The position numbers and the translations under genes were made by a program. The notes under the pieces were generated by a model. The model saw only the letters and a program-made list of their open reading frames with translations. It ran no database searches and was not told the DNA's origin. From positions 12,422 through 76,421 of the forward strand of contig CAYMCP010000001.1 of the NCBI GenBank assembly GCA_964388965.1: a DNA stretch of 64,000 bases. Reading direction: 5' to 3'. This stretch comes from an uncultured Thiotrichaceae bacterium (GTDB taxonomy: Bacteria > Pseudomonadota > Gammaproteobacteria > Beggiatoales > Beggiatoaceae). Shown here one piece after another: positions 63,212-64,000 of this stretch. Positions within the stretch are counted from its first letter, which is position 1. Each line of letters begins with the position of its first letter.

Positions 63212-63694
63212 TGGAGTGTTCCTCTTTTGTTTTGGTTGGTTGGAGAAAACAGTACCGCAACACGGCTGAAACTTGGTCTAGTAATCAATTCCAACATAGT
63301 CAAAGCACTGCTAAAAGACGTTATATTTATGCTGCTACAAATTGTATCCAATATTTGACATTATTGGTAAGTTTTCATAAAAAGTCAACAGGTAATTTTA
63401 TATTTTTTTATAACATTGATATTTTATTGATTAATTCACTAAGTTTAGTTTTATTTTTTATTTAAATACAAATAGATAAGCTATCAAACGGTTAGGCAGT
63501 AATATCAATTTAATGCCAGAATATCTAAATTAGCATTTAAAATTAAAAAAATGCTATATTAAATAACTATAAATAAAAAAAGGTGATTATAAGATATTTA
63601 GGAAATACTTATATAAAATATCCGTGACAATCCGTATTCAACTAAGTTAATAATTTAAGCTATTTAGTAAGGAATTATGATATTAGTTGTGTTT

Positions 63695-64000
63695 TTACCA
63701 CAATATTGGTGTTTTCCCAACTTTTTCTAAATATTGGTTAGTTTGACTAAAGTGATGATTATAAAGAAATTTTTTTACAGAAAATGGTGAAGGATGTGCT
63801 GATTTTAAAACTAAATGTCTGTTCTCATCTATAATTTTACCTTTCTGTTGTGCATAGTTACCCCACAGGATAAACACAACTTGTTGCTTTTCAATATTAA
63901 TTAGACGAACGACGGCATCTGTAAATTGCTCCCAACCCTTATTTTTGTGTGAAGCCGGCTCTGATTCGCGGACAGTTAAAATAGAATTAAGTAGTAAAAC
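63695..64000 (-). CDS. ung: Uracil-DNA glycosylase, C-terminal part (N-terminus lies beyond the window)
   Basis: ...VFILWGNYAQQKG...SAHPSPFS...HFSQTNQYL are typical UNG motifs. The reading frame stays open upstream of the track's Met to the window edge. Confidence 0.85.
   Translation of the reverse strand, partial: VLLLNSILTVRESEPASHKNKGWEQFTDAVVRLINIEKQQVVFILWGNYAQQKGKIIDENRHLVLKSAHPSPFSVKKFLYNHHFSQTNQYLEKVGKTPILW

Noticed and set aside
63211-63465. 84-aa + strand ORF upstream of the peptide gene.
   Set aside because: It lies in the AT-rich promoter region of the minus-strand operon, has no RBS and has an alternative-start, low-complexity hydrophobic tail. It is probably non-coding.

Overview
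AT-rich (roughly 35-40% GC by eye) chromosomal segment of a Gram-negative bacterium. Gene content looks gammaproteobacterial. A Thiotrichales/Beggiatoaceae-like organism is a plausible but unverified guess, based on gliding-type GldG, cyanobacterial-style TpsA, very large signalling proteins and Hcp. All calls come from reading the supplied ORF translations and the DNA; no database search was possible. Well-recognised housekeeping genes (sodB, clpS-clpA, rdgC, ffh, gltX, hcp, pheS, scpB, hemC, lpxB, ung) are interleaved with three other gene classes. (1) Signalling genes: tandem BLUF photoreceptors, a YfiR-like gene followed by a ~1630-aa kinase/phosphorelay/cyclase protein and a second hybrid kinase, a CheB-CheR-PAS protein with a PAS kinase, and a REC-kinase. 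(2) Envelope and glycan genes: a CapD/PglF-like dehydratase, a sugar-phosphate transferase, a TPR GT-C-like protein, a 1354-aa multi-glycosyltransferase, an LpxL-like protein, two TonB-dependent receptors and an orphan TpsA. (3) Redox and metal genes: Crp/Fnr-hcp-hcr, an OprC-like copper receptor and a Met-rich membrane protein. No rRNA, tRNA, CRISPR array, transposase, integrase or phage gene was seen. The most interesting locus is at 61.4-63.2 kb: a DUF692 (MNIO) + DUF2063 pair preceded by a secreted, Cys-free, ~45% glutamate peptide that does not match known precursors of this enzyme family. Also notable are a family of GC-rich REP-like palindromic elements (at least 5 copies, all intergenic), a degraded TPR-glycosyltransferase pseudogene, and a perfect FNR box with class II geometry upstream of hcp.
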